Virus record (IMG/VR): IMGVR_UViG_3300046103_000237
Location: 1 to 26,679 of that record
Strand: one strand, 5' to 3'
Source: a virus
Lineage: Duplodnaviria > Caudoviricetes
Length of the DNA: 26,679 nucleotides
The notes under the pieces were generated by a model. That model was not told the DNA's origin. It saw nothing but the letters and a program-made list of their open reading frames with translations, and made no database searches. This document shows, piece by piece, positions 6,916 through 15,574 of the stretch. Within the stretch, counting starts at the first letter, position 1, and each line of letters begins with the position of its first letter. The position numbers and the translations under genes were made by a program.

Positions 6916-7181
6916 GTTTAAACAGAGAAGAGGTTCTAGAAAGTGCTCTAGATTGTATTACCAACGATAGAGCAAATACCTACGGTAAACCAGAAGACAA
7001 CTTTGGCAACATTGCCCGTCTATGGTCTGCCTATCTAAGCAGTGATGTCAGCAAGTTAGATGTTGCCATGCTCATGGTGCTGGTAAAAGTAGCCAGAACT
7101 AAAAGTAGTCCAGAACATTCTGATAATTATGTTGACATGGCAGGTTATTCTGCGTTAGCATCTGAACTAGGAAAGGAGTAA
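6912..7181 (+). CDS. DUF6378-like phage protein
   Basis: YGKPEDNFGNIARLWSAYL, MVLVKVAR and HSDNYVDMAGY motifs. Confidence 0.8.
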   Translation: MSLNREEVLESALDCITNDRANTYGKPEDNFGNIARLWSAYLSSDVSKLDVAMLMVLVKVARTKSSPEHSDNYVDMAGYSALASELGKE

Positions 7182-7186
7182 CTAAC

Positions 7187-7348
7187 ATGATTTATAATGA
7201 AATTAATCTAGGTTTTGCTAAATTAGTAGTTTACACGGACAATAAAGGAGTTGTTAAGGCTAATATGGCAAACTCTGACTGTGATTATGCATTTAAAGTT
7301 CCAAAGCAGGAAATTTATACAAGAAAAGCAAAGGAGAACACTAAGTAA
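7187..7348 (+). CDS. Hypothetical protein (53 aa)
   Basis: MIYNEINLGFAKLVVYTDNKG...; AAGGAG SD; TAATG overlap with the next ORF. Confidence 0.65.
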   Translation: MIYNEINLGFAKLVVYTDNKGVVKANMANSDCDYAFKVPKQEIYTRKAKENTK

Positions 7349-7506
7349 TGTCGAACTGCTGGCACTGCAATGCTGAGTTGATTTGGGGTGGTGACCATAA
7401 TATAGATCGTGAAGATGACACCTATAGCATGGTCACTAACTTGACTTGTCCTAAATGTGAGTGTATAGTATATGTTTATAAGCCAAAGGATAAAGAAAAT
7501 GAGTAA
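7348..7506 (+). CDS. Small zinc-ribbon protein (52 aa)
   Basis: MSNCWHCNAELIWGGDH...VTNLTCPKCECIVYVY; AAGGAG SD. Confidence 0.75.
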   Translation: MSNCWHCNAELIWGGDHNIDREDDTYSMVTNLTCPKCECIVYVYKPKDKENE

Positions 7507-7630
7507 TAGATGGATGTGGATTTATGGAGATGAATGTGACGAATTGTGGAAACATTTTGATATGGAAGATAGAAATTCTGATGATAGAATTAAAGTAAAA
7601 CTTATCGACTTTGAAGAGAAAGAGGAGTAG
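7499..7630 (+). CDS. Acidic hypothetical protein (43 aa)
   Basis: MSNRWMWIYGDECDELWKHFDMEDRNSDDRIKVKLIDFEEKEE; AAGGA SD; tiles with its neighbours. Confidence 0.6.
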   Translation: MSNRWMWIYGDECDELWKHFDMEDRNSDDRIKVKLIDFEEKEE

Positions 7631-7632
7631 AC

Positions 7633-7905
7633 ATGCACGTTAATTTATTCGATTACGCTCCTAGAATAGGTTCCGGGTGGCGACAAGTAGAAGTTGTCAC
7701 CGAAGGCTGGAAGTGGGTTACGATAAAGTACAACCCCAAGGTGTGGAAAGGTACAGACGTTCGTGCTCATCCTGACGATGTCTACTCTGATGTAGAGTAC
7801 ATCTTTGGGAGACCTATTAAATCTAAGATTAGGAAATCAATTTGGGAAACTTTACCTAAAAGTGAAACTCTCTTAGGTGTAGTGCAGGGACGTTATGCCA
7901 CGTGA
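7633..7905 (+). CDS. Hypothetical protein (90 aa)
   Basis: ORF track; GAGGAG SD. Confidence 0.75.
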   Translation: MHVNLFDYAPRIGSGWRQVEVVTEGWKWVTIKYNPKVWKGTDVRAHPDDVYSDVEYIFGRPIKSKIRKSIWETLPKSETLLGVVQGRYAT

Positions 7906-8026
7906 TCCTAGCTGGAAATGGCTTAGAGCACTAGGTCATAAAATAATCCTTGCTAAGAAGGGTAAGAAGGTGTATACCCGTAAGATCAAACATAAGGTGA
8001 GTAATGAACAAAAAATCACGTATTAA
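7895..8026 (+). CDS. ArfA-like (ribosome rescue factor-like) basic peptide (43 aa)
   Basis: MPRDPSWKWLRALGHKIILAKKGKKVYTRKIKHKVSNEQKITY; KKGKKVYTRKIKH matches the ArfA signature KKGKGSYxRKxKH; AGGGA SD. Confidence 0.55.
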   Translation: MPRDPSWKWLRALGHKIILAKKGKKVYTRKIKHKVSNEQKITY

Positions 8027-8162
8027 AAATAGGCGTAGAAGTAATGCACCTAAAGTACCACAAGTGAAACCCGACTGGCCTACTGGTATTTATTGCGGTG
8101 GTGTTGTCGGTACTATTACTGAGCAAAATTCTGTTAAAAAGGAGAAGAAATGGAAGATTTAA
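8004..8162 (+). CDS. Basic hypothetical protein (52 aa)
   Basis: MNKKSRIKNRRRSNAPKVPQVKPDWPTGIYCGG...; AAGGTGA SD; fills the gap between neighbours. Confidence 0.5.
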   Translation: MNKKSRIKNRRRSNAPKVPQVKPDWPTGIYCGGVVGTITEQNSVKKEKKWKI

Positions 8163-8350
8163 AGATTGAAATGGTTTCTGAATATTGCCTTGGGAAGGGT
8201 AAAAAGCACTCTGATAAGGTAGGTTCTATATCTATAGATCACTTTGTAAGTGCAGAGGCTCTTGAAGAGTTGCTAGATGTTATTAAGTATAAAATGTTTG
8301 AGCACGATCCTGTTAAGTTAAACATCACTTTTAACACGAGTAACGGCTAA
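8150..8350 (+). CDS. Hypothetical protein (66 aa)
   Basis: ORF track; AAGGAG SD; TAATG overlap with the primase-helicase. Confidence 0.75.
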   Translation: MEDLKIEMVSEYCLGKGKKHSDKVGSISIDHFVSAEALEELLDVIKYKMFEHDPVKLNITFNTSNG

Positions 8351-9996
8351 TGGAGATACAGGAGTCTCAGATAGTAAGTGCTCACCAATTTTGCCCAGAG
8401 TGTGAATCCAGTGACGCTATGTCTATCTACACTGATCACACTTATTGTTTTAGCTGTCTAACTTGGAGAAGTACATTGGAAACAGCAGATGTAATACCCA
8501 TGAATGTGCATAAAAGCCTTGAGGATCTTACCATAAGGACCACCGCAAAGTGGGAAGACCGTAAAATCTCTAAGGCAGTAACTAGTTTCTATGATGTTAT
8601 TGTCTCAAATGGTAATGTGGAGTTTCCATATTATGACGGTACTGCTAAGATTGCTAGTAAGTTTAGAAATTTTGGTAAAGAATTTAAGACCACCGGAGAA
8701 TTTAGTCAAGCAGGTATGTTCGGAGCGCATACCTTGTTAAAAGCTAAGAATTTTGAAGTAGGTAACACAGTTATTATCACCGAAGGAGAGTCTGACGCTC
8801 TTGCCGCCTTCCAAATAGCTAATAAAATCAACCCAACATCTGAGTCACTGACTCTCAACAAGACATTAGTCCCTGTTTTTAGCATTAAATCCGGTGTTGC
8901 AAGTGCAGAACGAGATATTAAAGCTAATTTAGAGATGTTAGAGAAGTTTGAGCGTATATTTGTATGCTTTGACAGTGATGAACATGGTCAGAAAGCCTCT
9001 AGGAAGGTCGCTAAGCTGTTTACACCCTCTAAGGCTAGGATAGTGACCCTAGAGCTAAAGGACGCTTGTGAGTACACTACAAAGGGCTGGGGAGACCAGT
9101 TCATGGCGCACCTTAAAGATGCTCCTATTTATACACCTAGTGGTATTGAGAACGCTTCTAACAACTTTGACCGCCTGTGGTCAGAGCAAAACTTAATCAG
9201 CATTGACTTTCCGTGGAAAGAATTAAACCAGAAGACCTTGGGCATCAGACAGCGTGAGATTGTCACTTGGGCGGCGGGAACTGGTGTTGGTAAATCCAGT
9301 TTTATGCGCGAACTACAGCACTTTTACATCAAGAACAATGATTTTAACATTGGGATAATTGCCCTGGAGGAGTCAGTTGACCGCACAAGGCGTGGAATAT
9401 TAGCTATCGAAGCTAACGATAAATTACATTTGAACGAAGTGTTCGGTAAGTACTCAAAAGAGGACATAAAAGGCTTCTTTGACCCCACTTTAGGTACAGG
9501 TAAGGTATATTTGTACGATCATTTTGGCTCAATGGACTGCGAAGACTTGATAAATCGCGTTAGGTACATGGTTGTTGGCCTAGATTGCAAGGTAATATTT
9601 ATAGATCACCTAAGTATTCTTGTCAGTGGTCTTGACATCCTAGATGAACGTAAAGCTATTGATAAAACAATGACCTTATTAAGACAGTTGACACAGGAAA
9701 CTGAATGTGCTATACATCTTGTTGCTCACTTGAGCAGACGAAGTAACTCTGATAAATCTCACGAGGACGGTGGAGAGATCAACCTAGCTCACCTCAGAGG
9801 TTCACACGGTATCAGTCAAGTTAGTGACACTGTGATAGCCTTGGAGCGAGATACACAGTCAGATGACCAAGAAGAGGCTAACACAACTACCCTGAGAGTG
9901 TTAAAGTGTCGCTACACAGGGGATTTAGGTATAGCTGGTAGGTTAACGTACAATAAAACTAACGGTAGATTACAAACTACAAAAGATGAATTTTAA
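8350..9996 (+). CDS. T7 gp4-like DNA primase-helicase
   Basis: Zn finger CPEC...CFSC, TOPRIM ITEGESDALA and FDSD, Walker A AAGTGVGKS, IFIDHL, LRGS, LKCRYTG. Confidence 0.97.
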   Translation: MEIQESQIVSAHQFCPECESSDAMSIYTDHTYCFSCLTWRSTLETADVIPMNVHKSLEDLTIRTTAKWEDRKISKAVTSFYDVIVSNGNVEFPYYDGTAKIASKFRNFGKEFKTTGEFSQAGMFGAHTLLKAKNFEVGNTVIITEGESDALAAFQIANKINPTSESLTLNKTLVPVFSIKSGVASAERDIKANLEMLEKFERIFVCFDSDEHGQKASRKVAKLFTPSKARIVTLELKDACEYTTKGWGDQFMAHLKDAPIYTPSGIENASNNFDRLWSEQNLISIDFPWKELNQKTLGIRQREIVTWAAGTGVGKSSFMRELQHFYIKNNDFNIGIIALEESVDRTRRGILAIEANDKLHLNEVFGKYSKEDIKGFFDPTLGTGKVYLYDHFGSMDCEDLINRVRYMVVGLDCKVIFIDHLSILVSGLDILDERKAIDKTMTLLRQLTQETECAIHLVAHLSRRSNSDKSHEDGGEINLAHLRGSHGISQVSDTVIALERDTQSDDQEEANTTTLRVLKCRYTGDLGIAGRLTYNKTNGRLQTTKDEF

Positions 9997-11621
9997 TGTC
10001 GCATGTTGTTATAGATATAGAAACAGATGGGTTTGATGCAAGTGTTATACACTGTGTAGCTTGCATAGATCATCAGAACCGTGAGAGAGTATTCATAGAA
10101 CCTAGCGGTCTAAGTGAGTATCTCTCTGGGTTTGATCTGGTTGTAGCTCACAATGGTATACAATTTGACTACCCTATGCTTAAAAAACTGTGGAATATAT
10201 CTATACCAGCCTCTAAACAGTACGACACTTTAATTGCATCTAGGTTAATACAGCCTGATATGGAGAAAGGCCATAGTTTGGAGACTTGGGGGCTACGTTT
10301 AGGCTTCCCAAAGTCCCCTAAACCTGATGATTGGGCTATATTTACCGACGAAATGCTTGCATACTGTAAAGTAGATGTTATTGTCTGTAGCTTAGTGTAC
10401 CAAAAGGTACAAGAAGAGCTACAAAACTTCTCAAAAGAGTCCCTTTATAGCGAATTTAAGCTACAAAGGATGATAAACACCGTAAAAAACAACGGTTTCT
10501 ACTTTAAAGAAGACGATGCTATAAACTTACTTTCTGAGATAGAGCAGAAGCAGGATGTTATTAAAGCAGAAATAAACAAAGTGTTTAACTCTAGATTTAT
10601 AATAATGAAGACAAAGATCAAGGAGTTACCATTTAATATTAACAGTAGGGATCAAATAGCTTCCCAATTGATACACCTTGGCTGGGAGCCTAAAGAGTTT
10701 ACCCCTTCCGGTAAGGCAAAGGTAAACGAGGATGTCCTAGATGGTGTAAATATACCACAGGCTAAATTAATATCAAGTAATTTTATGCTACATAAACGTG
10801 CGGCTATGCTTAAATCTTGGATCAAGGCTACTAATGGAGATTCTAGGGTACGTTGTCAGTACCACTCTCTAGGTGCAGTGACCAACCGTATGTCTTGCTC
10901 TGGTCCTAATTTACAGCAAGTACCGTCTGTTAGAAAACCATACGGAGAAGAATGTAGAAAGCTTTGGTCTTGTCAGTCTGGAAATATGCTCGTAGGGTCA
11001 GATGCTCAAGGCTTAGAGCTTCGCGTGTTAGCCCACTATATAAATGACCCTGAGTACACCAAGGAGGTCTTAGAAGGGGACATACACACCACTAATCAAT
11101 TAGCGGCAGGTCTTAGTACCAGAGATGAAGCAAAGACGTTTATATACGCTCTGTGCTATGGTGCTGGGGATGCTAAATTAGGTACGGTAGTTGGTGGTAA
11201 CGCCAAAGACGGTGCTCAACTGAGAGCAAGTTTCTTTGCTAAAATACCAGCATTTAAGAAATTTGCAACAAAAGTAATAAGCAAAGGAGAAAAGTATGGT
11301 AAGTTAACAGCAATTGATGGTAGGATCTTAAAGGTCCGTAGTTCTCACGCAAGCTTAAACACCTTGATACAAGGAAGCTCTGCTGTACTTATGAAAAACT
11401 GGTTTATGAACACCGCTTTAGACTTAAAAAGGAGGTCTGTAAATGCTGGAGTTGTTGCTATGGTACATGATGAAATTATTTTAGAATGTAGTGATAATTT
11501 AGTTGACACTGTTGCAGAATCTGTTAAACTAGGTATAAGGCTAGTAAATCAACAGTTCAATATACGATGTAGTTTAGACTGTGATGTTAATTTTGGAACT
11601 AATTGGAAGGAAATACATTAA
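9996..11621 (+). CDS. polA: Family A DNA polymerase, T7 gp5-like, with 3'-5' exonuclease
   Basis: ExoI DIETDG, ExoII HNGIQFD, ExoIII YCKVD; motif A DAQGLELR, motif B RDEAKTFIYALCYG, motif C VHDE. Confidence 0.97.
   Translation: MSHVVIDIETDGFDASVIHCVACIDHQNRERVFIEPSGLSEYLSGFDLVVAHNGIQFDYPMLKKLWNISIPASKQYDTLIASRLIQPDMEKGHSLETWGLRLGFPKSPKPDDWAIFTDEMLAYCKVDVIVCSLVYQKVQEELQNFSKESLYSEFKLQRMINTVKNNGFYFKEDDAINLLSEIEQKQDVIKAEINKVFNSRFIIMKTKIKELPFNINSRDQIASQLIHLGWEPKEFTPSGKAKVNEDVLDGVNIPQAKLISSNFMLHKRAAMLKSWIKATNGDSRVRCQYHSLGAVTNRMSCSGPNLQQVPSVRKPYGEECRKLWSCQSGNMLVGSDAQGLELRVLAHYINDPEYTKEVLEGDIHTTNQLAAGLSTRDEAKTFIYALCYGAGDAKLGTVVGGNAKDGAQLRASFFAKIPAFKKFATKVISKGEKYGKLTAIDGRILKVRSSHASLNTLIQGSSAVLMKNWFMNTALDLKRRSVNAGVVAMVHDEIILECSDNLVDTVAESVKLGIRLVNQQFNIRCSLDCDVNFGTNWKEIH
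11503..11530 (+). promoter_or_regulatory. Internal promoter upstream of ssb
   Basis: TTGACA-16 nt-TAAACT with TGn extension, inside the pol 3' end about 90 nt before the ssb ATG. Confidence 0.5.
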
Positions 11622-12037
11622 TGACGTTTCATTATATTGAAGGCAAGTTAGAGTACGCTATGATTTTTGACAAGAAAGATATGTTTGATCGCTGGAGTAC
11701 TGTGCTCTTGCTTGAAGGTGATCAAATAATTAATGCTAAGAAGCTTAACCTCAAGATAAATCAAAAAGAGGATAAGTTTGATAATATTCCTTATGTCTCA
11801 CTCAAGACAACAATGCCTCCCAAGGTGTACGATGAGGAGAACAACCAGTACAAGGGGCCGACTATGCTAACGTCAGGAAGCGAAGGTGTTGTGAAGCTCA
11901 CGCAGAAAGCGTATGATAATAAGTTTGGTAAGGGCATCACCACCTATATAGACAGCGTTAAGATTACTAAAGCTGTGCCTTGGTCACCCCCAGATGCTGA
12001 CGACTTTGCTCAAGGGGAGGGAGACAGCGAGTTCTAG
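11621..12037 (+). CDS. ssb: Putative single-stranded DNA-binding protein (T7 gp2.5-like)
   Basis: Start moved to ATG 11621 (TAATG overlap, GGAAGG SD); follows pol; acidic tail ending in Phe (DADDFAQGEGDSEF). Confidence 0.7.
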   Translation: MTFHYIEGKLEYAMIFDKKDMFDRWSTVLLLEGDQIINAKKLNLKINQKEDKFDNIPYVSLKTTMPPKVYDEENNQYKGPTMLTSGSEGVVKLTQKAYDNKFGKGITTYIDSVKITKAVPWSPPDADDFAQGEGDSEF

Positions 12038-12639
12038 TTGACTACGGTCACTGGGATGTTAATCTGGTAGGCGAGTTCTCCCCCGAAGATCACTTTGGAT
12101 TCGTCTACCGGATAACTAACTTAAAGAATGACCGTTCTTACATTGGCTGTAAACACCTTATGAAGTATCAGAAAGGTAAGCCAATTAAGGCTAGTGAATG
12201 GAGAACTTACTGTAGCAGTAGTAAGTATCTCAAACCGGAAATAGACGAACTAGGAAAGGAAAATTTTTCATTTACAATAATTTTACTCTGTGATAACAAA
12301 CGCAACTTGTACTACAATGAAATGAAAATACAAGTAGAATTAGGTGTGTTAGAAACAGATAAGTATTACAATGCAAACGTAGGTGGAAAGAGATTCTTTA
12401 GACCTGTTAAGAGTTATACTGATCCTAACTTTATAAGAAAAATAAGTGGTGCAAATCATTACAGATGTAAAGGTGATTTTATTGTCACTTATAAAGGCGG
12501 TATTACTAACTTAATTAAGAACAAAAGTCTTAGGCAATTTGCTAAAGAGAACGGATACAATCAATCTCATCTTAGCAAGGTAGTTAATAAGAACAAAACC
12601 CATAAAGATATTATTAAACTGGAGTTTTTAGATGGCTAA
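12037..12639 (+). CDS. GIY-YIG (Seg-like) endonuclease with C-terminal NUMOD/HTH-like segment; start codon unclear
   Basis: Frame is open upstream of the track ATG (12160) and encodes DYGHWDVNLVGEFSPEDHFGFVYRITNLKNDRSYIGCK (GFVY...YIG); later LYYNE, YYN and SLRQFAKENGYNQSHLSKV. Confidence 0.8.
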   Translation, partial: VDYGHWDVNLVGEFSPEDHFGFVYRITNLKNDRSYIGCKHLMKYQKGKPIKASEWRTYCSSSKYLKPEIDELGKENFSFTIILLCDNKRNLYYNEMKIQVELGVLETDKYYNANVGGKRFFRPVKSYTDPNFIRKISGANHYRCKGDFIVTYKGGITNLIKNKSLRQFAKENGYNQSHLSKVVNKNKTHKDIIKLEFLDG

Positions 12640-13468
12640 AAAAAAGATAGATACTTTGGTAGAGGACATTTACTCTCTGCTGGACAAAGGAACTACTTCC
12701 CCTAACCAAGAATACTTATTTGCAATGGCTTCTAATATTGTAGACTCTATGAAGAAGCAATTGTGGGTGGGTACTAAGTCCTCTGGTAAAGGTAAGTTAC
12801 GTATGTCTAACATAGGTAAGCCTTGCACACGATCACTTTGGTACGATATAAACGGTGATGATAACAAAGAGAAGCTCACCTCTGAGACAAAGTTAAAGTT
12901 TATTGTAGGTGATATAGTTGAAGCTGTTATCTTGTACCTTGTTAAAGAGTCCGGTCATGTGGTAACAGACCAACAGAAAGAAATAGAGATAGACGGTATT
13001 AAAGGCCACTTAGATGCTGTCATAGATGGTGAATTAGTAGATGTTAAATCCTCTAGCTCATACGGTATGCGTAAATTTAAAGAAGGTACTCTTCCACAAG
13101 ATGACCCCTTTGGCTATTGTAGTCAGATAAGTGGTTACGCTAATGCCTTGGGTAAAAAGTCTGGTACGTTCTTGGCTTTTGATAAAAGCGCAGGTGATTT
13201 AGCTGTCTACACTTACAAGGATTTAGAGGACAGTAACAAAAGAATAAAGAAAGTTATAGCCGACACTTCCTGTAAGAAGCCTCCTAAGAGAGCTTTTGAG
13301 ACAGTTACAGAGCGTAAGACAAACAAACAGAAGTTAGGTGTTAACTGCTCATACTGCTCTCACAAGAACACCTGTTGGGAAGATGTAGGTCTTGATTTAC
13401 AATTTAAAAGCGGTAGACCAGTATTCTATGTACCCACTGGAGAAGAAAACAATGTGCATGGATTCTAA
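12632..13468 (+). CDS. Cas4-like PD-(D/E)XK exonuclease with 4-Cys (Fe-S) motif
   Basis: LRMSNIGKPCTR, GHLDAVIDGELVDVKS, QISGY, C-terminal CSYCSHKNTC. Confidence 0.85.
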   Translation: MAKKKIDTLVEDIYSLLDKGTTSPNQEYLFAMASNIVDSMKKQLWVGTKSSGKGKLRMSNIGKPCTRSLWYDINGDDNKEKLTSETKLKFIVGDIVEAVILYLVKESGHVVTDQQKEIEIDGIKGHLDAVIDGELVDVKSSSSYGMRKFKEGTLPQDDPFGYCSQISGYANALGKKSGTFLAFDKSAGDLAVYTYKDLEDSNKRIKKVIADTSCKKPPKRAFETVTERKTNKQKLGVNCSYCSHKNTCWEDVGLDLQFKSGRPVFYVPTGEENNVHGF

Positions 13469-13643
13469 ATATATATCTAAGGAAATTCTACGGGATATAT
13501 CTGATACTTATAGTTCAGATGAAATACTTGACAACATAGGTATGCTCCCGTATGATCTTGCTTTGCTCTTAGCAGAAGAGATCAAAGAAAACATAAGTAA
13601 ATTTGACCATAGACCATTGGATGCTTATACAAATGACATATGA
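13452..13643 (+). CDS. Hypothetical protein (~62 aa)
   Basis: Start moved to ATG 13452 (or 13458) after a GGAG SD; bridges the nuclease and RNR genes. Confidence 0.65.
   Translation: MCMDSKYISKEILRDISDTYSSDEILDNIGMLPYDLALLLAEEIKENISKFDHRPLDAYTNDI
13528..13556 (+). promoter_or_regulatory. Internal sigma70 promoter upstream of RNR
   Basis: TTGACA-17 nt-TATGAT, about 75 nt before the RNR start. Confidence 0.65.
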
Positions 13644-15327
13644 TAATACTCAATACGGGATGAAGACTTCCCTAGCCCAAGAGATAGATATAGGTAAATA
13701 TCGTCAAACTGGGGAAGACTTCTACGGAAAGATAGTTAGAATAGCAGGTGCTCTTAAAGATACACCTGATCACTTTGAAGCTTTTAAAGATACCCTGCGA
13801 CACATGAGATTCTTACCAGCAGGGAGAGTGCAGAACGCAATGGGAGCGGCTCGACAAACTACCGCTTTTAATTGCTTTGTCTCCGGTAAGATTGAAGATA
13901 GTATGGATTCTATTATGGGTAGAGCTACAGAAGCGGCAGAGACTATGCGCCGTGGAGGTGGTATAGGATATGATTTTAGTAATCTTAGACCTAGAGGTGA
14001 TAGAATAAAGTCGTTAGACTCTAAAGCTTCTGGCGCAGTTAGTTTTATGCAGATATACGATGCAGTGTGCCAGACAATAGCCTCTAGTGGCCATAGGAGA
14101 GGCGCACAGATGGGTGTACTTAGAGTAGACCACCCAGACATAGAACAGTTTATCACCGCTAAGAACAACGGTACTGCCCTAACTGGTTTTAATATTTCAG
14201 TAGGTATTACAGATGAGTTTATGAAGTGCTTAGAAAAGAAAGAACCCTTCCCTTTAAAATTTGACGGTACTGTGCATGAAGAGGTAGACCCCGTAGCTTT
14301 GTGGGATATGATTATGCGCTCCACTTGGGATTGGGCAGAGCCGGGGGTACTGTTCTTAGACACTATTAACAGGATGAATAACCTGTACTATTGTGAAACT
14401 ATTGAAGCTACTAACCCTTGTGGTGAGCAACCTCTACCAGCTTACGGTGCTTGTTTGTTGGGAAGTTTTAACCTTCCTAAGTATGTTCATAATAAATCAT
14501 TTGACTTCGGTTTGTTCACAGGGGATATATCTAATGTTGTCAGGGCTATGGACAATGTGGTAGACAGAACCATATACCCTTTACCAGAGCAGAAGCAGGA
14601 AGCTCTTAATAAACGTAGGATGGGACTAGGTATCACTGGCTTAGCTAATGCCGCTGAGATGTGCGACATGCCGTATGCGTCTAAGAAGTTTATGAAGTTT
14701 GCTACTGAAGTTTTAACAACTTTGAGAGACTACACCTATGCGGCTAGCTCCACATTAGCTCAAGAGAAAGGATCTTTCCCACTGTACGACAGTCACAAGT
14801 ATACCAGTGGGGAGTTCTTTAAGACTTTGTCACCGTGGGTACAAGATCAGATCAAAGAGCATGGTATACGTAACTCCCACCTGACCTCTATTGCTCCTAC
14901 TGGTACTATTAGCTTGACTGCTGACAACGTAAGCTCTGGGATAGAACCTCCATTTAGCCTGTTCTACGACAGGACTATCCAAGAGTTTGATGGACATCAG
15001 ATACAACGAGTAGAAGACTACGCTTATAGCCAAGGTGTGAGCGGTAGGACAGCTAATGAGATAAGTGCAGAAGAGCACCTATCGGTTTTAGCACTGGTCT
15101 CTAAGTACATAGACAGTTCTGTTAGCAAGACTTGCAATGTGGGCAACGATGTGGACTACGATCAATTTAAAGAGCTATACTACAACGCTTGGAAACAAGG
15201 GTGCAAAGGTATAACTACTTTTAGAGCAGAAGGTAAACGGTACGGTATCTTGAATGAAGTCAAAGAAGAAGTGCAAGCAGAAGCTTGTTTTATAGACCCT
15301 ATGACAGGACAGAAGACCTGTGAGTGA
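13633..15327 (+). CDS. nrdJ: Ribonucleotide reductase, class II (adenosylcobalamin-dependent)
   Basis: FLPAGR, FNCFV, GGGIG, RRGAQM, TNPCGEQPL, CLLGSFNL, IAPTGT, C-terminal Cys pair CFIDPMTGQKTCE; no beta-subunit gene nearby. Start placed at ATG 13633. Confidence 0.88.
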   Translation: MTYDNTQYGMKTSLAQEIDIGKYRQTGEDFYGKIVRIAGALKDTPDHFEAFKDTLRHMRFLPAGRVQNAMGAARQTTAFNCFVSGKIEDSMDSIMGRATEAAETMRRGGGIGYDFSNLRPRGDRIKSLDSKASGAVSFMQIYDAVCQTIASSGHRRGAQMGVLRVDHPDIEQFITAKNNGTALTGFNISVGITDEFMKCLEKKEPFPLKFDGTVHEEVDPVALWDMIMRSTWDWAEPGVLFLDTINRMNNLYYCETIEATNPCGEQPLPAYGACLLGSFNLPKYVHNKSFDFGLFTGDISNVVRAMDNVVDRTIYPLPEQKQEALNKRRMGLGITGLANAAEMCDMPYASKKFMKFATEVLTTLRDYTYAASSTLAQEKGSFPLYDSHKYTSGEFFKTLSPWVQDQIKEHGIRNSHLTSIAPTGTISLTADNVSSGIEPPFSLFYDRTIQEFDGHQIQRVEDYAYSQGVSGRTANEISAEEHLSVLALVSKYIDSSVSKTCNVGNDVDYDQFKELYYNAWKQGCKGITTFRAEGKRYGILNEVKEEVQAEACFIDPMTGQKTCE

Positions 15328-15574
15328 GAAGCCTAAAGACCTGACATGGAAAGTAAAGTGGGTATCAACAGTAACACTTATCCTGGCAATGATACTCACT
15401 AGTCAGAATATATATCCGTATAATCTGGCTTTCCATATCTTGGGTATTCTTGGGTGGACCTATGTTTCTATTGTCTGGAACGACAGAGCTTTAATTGTAA
15501 TCAATAGTGTAGGTCTAGCTATTTTTTCTAATGGTATTGTAAGTTACTTTGTTAAGATTAACGTATTGGGATAA
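15320..15574 (+). CDS. DUF6552-like 3-TM membrane protein
   Basis: WKVKWVST...NIYPYNL...GW...WNDRALIVIN pattern; GTG start overlapping the RNR stop. Confidence 0.75.
   Translation: MSEKPKDLTWKVKWVSTVTLILAMILTSQNIYPYNLAFHILGILGWTYVSIVWNDRALIVINSVGLAIFSNGIVSYFVKINVLG

Noticed and set aside
8350-15327. Intein or intron in helicase, polymerase or RNR
   Set aside because: Each is a single compact ORF with normally spaced motifs and no splice-junction signature.
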